Assembly (NCBI GenBank): GCA_001244265.2
Contig: CDLV01000013.1
Span: forward strand, 62,001 to 126,000
Reading direction: 5' to 3'
Source of the DNA: Microbotryum violaceum
Lineage: Eukaryota
DNA: 64,000 bases
Below the pieces are notes generated by a model. It had not been told where the DNA came from and ran no database searches. It saw only the letters and a program-made list of their open reading frames with translations. The first letter of the stretch is position 1, and each line of letters starts with the position of its first letter. The translations under genes and the position numbers were made by a program. Positions 62,833 through 64,000 of this stretch are shown piece after piece.

Positions 62833-64000
62833 TCACTGCGACGCCTTGCCAAACTTGCCCGCGGCCTCATCGAACGCGTCGCTCTTGTTCTCCAACTCGA
62901 CCACAAAAGGGTGCGTAGGTTCTAAAGCTTGTAAGGAACTGTGGGGGAAAGAAGCGCCGAATACCAAAAGAAGGCGGGGGATGAGCCTTCTTTCTTGGGG
63001 GATCTTTTGAGAGAGGTACGTACGCCAATGCCTTTTCGGCCGTCAACGCTTCGGTATCTTGGGTATTGGGGGTGTAGTACCTCGCGAGAGCGATAAAATT
63101 CGCCAACAAAGTCGGGTGACTCGGGTTCTATCCCATGCGAATTGAGGAACCGAACGCCCGCAAGGGGGAATCAGTTGCCGAAGCGGCGATTGGATACTTT
63201 ACACGTTCGAGAACGTACCATCTCCAATCCCTCCAAGATCGCTTGCACGGCCTCGTCCCACCTGCCCAAACAAGCTTGACTGACCGCCACCCCCGCCAAA
63301 GTACTTTCCCCCCTGCCACCGCGTAAACCCTTGATCTCTTCATAGACGTAGTAAGCTTGCTCGTAGCGTTGTTTAGGACCCAGGGAGAGGTTCGTCCGGG
63401 CGGTAAAGAGTTGAGATTGGAGCGAGTCGGAGGTGAAGGAGGTGGTTTGGGGGGAAGTGAGGAGGGCGAGGGATCTTTGAGGTAGGGAAAGGGATTGGTA
63501 AATGTGTGTGAGGATACCGAGGCTGGGGAATTTTTGCAAACGCGCGTCAGTCGATTTTTTGGATTCTTCGAACGGCGGGGTACTGATCCCAAAAGACGTA
63601 CCACTCCTGATCGGCTCCCAATTGAACGGCCTCGTTCAAAATCTCGACCGCTTCTTCCTTCCTGCCTTCGTCCCCACTCAACCACCAAACCGTGCCGAGC
63701 ACAGCTCGCACGAACCTTCCCTCCTCCCCATCCTCCAAACCCCTTTCGCCCAGTTCGATCTGCACCTCCTCCAATTCCTCGATTGCGCCCTCGTGATCTC
63801 CCGAGAGAAAGTTGGCCAAGGCGGTGAGAGCACGCGTATCGAGCGATCGTCCGAGGGAGGAGAGGAGGGAGAGAGCGGAGGAAGGGGAGGGAGGCGAGAG
63901 GGCGAGGTGGGCACGCGCGGCGTAGAACGTCGGAAGGGTCGACGCGGACGGCAGCTCCGAATAGGCCGAGAGTGCAGAGCGGTAAGAACCTGCACAGGAG
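62833..64000 (-). CDS. SEC28: Coatomer epsilon subunit, 5' end outside window
   Basis: TPR-like helices, YEQAYYVYEE, AVSQACLGRWDEA, TLLANFIAL, and C-terminal EPTHPFVVELENKSDAFDEAAGKF. Confidence 0.82.

Overview
Intron-rich, GC-rich fungal DNA; gene content and splice signals suggest a basidiomycete, probably Microbotryomycetes-like (inference). The left ~17 kb is a nest of transposable elements: a Tf1/sushi-type self-priming Gypsy element sits inside a second, degenerate LTR element whose primer-binding site is an unusually long (~56 nt) copy of tRNA-Ser(CGA). A complete Copia element with non-canonical AG...TT LTR ends interrupts exon 1 of a small secreted Cys-rich gene, which can be reconstructed exactly. 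The same stretch has a solo LTR, one of two hAT-like non-autonomous elements, and orphan fragments of the nearby AVT2-like and CSL4 genes. The rest carries conserved genes: CSL4, SMC3, an AVT2-like transporter, an F-box-like protein, a Zn2Cys6 factor, a GPI-anchored Ser/Thr-rich protein, a USP-domain protein, FAB1, a lactonase and coatomer epsilon. At 33.9-39.2 kb is a small island of candidate effectors: a fast-diverging tandem pair separated by a ~550-bp foldback, and an 81-aa secreted protein with a duplicated CKQCxxxC motif. Exon structures were derived by hand and are unverified by transcripts.
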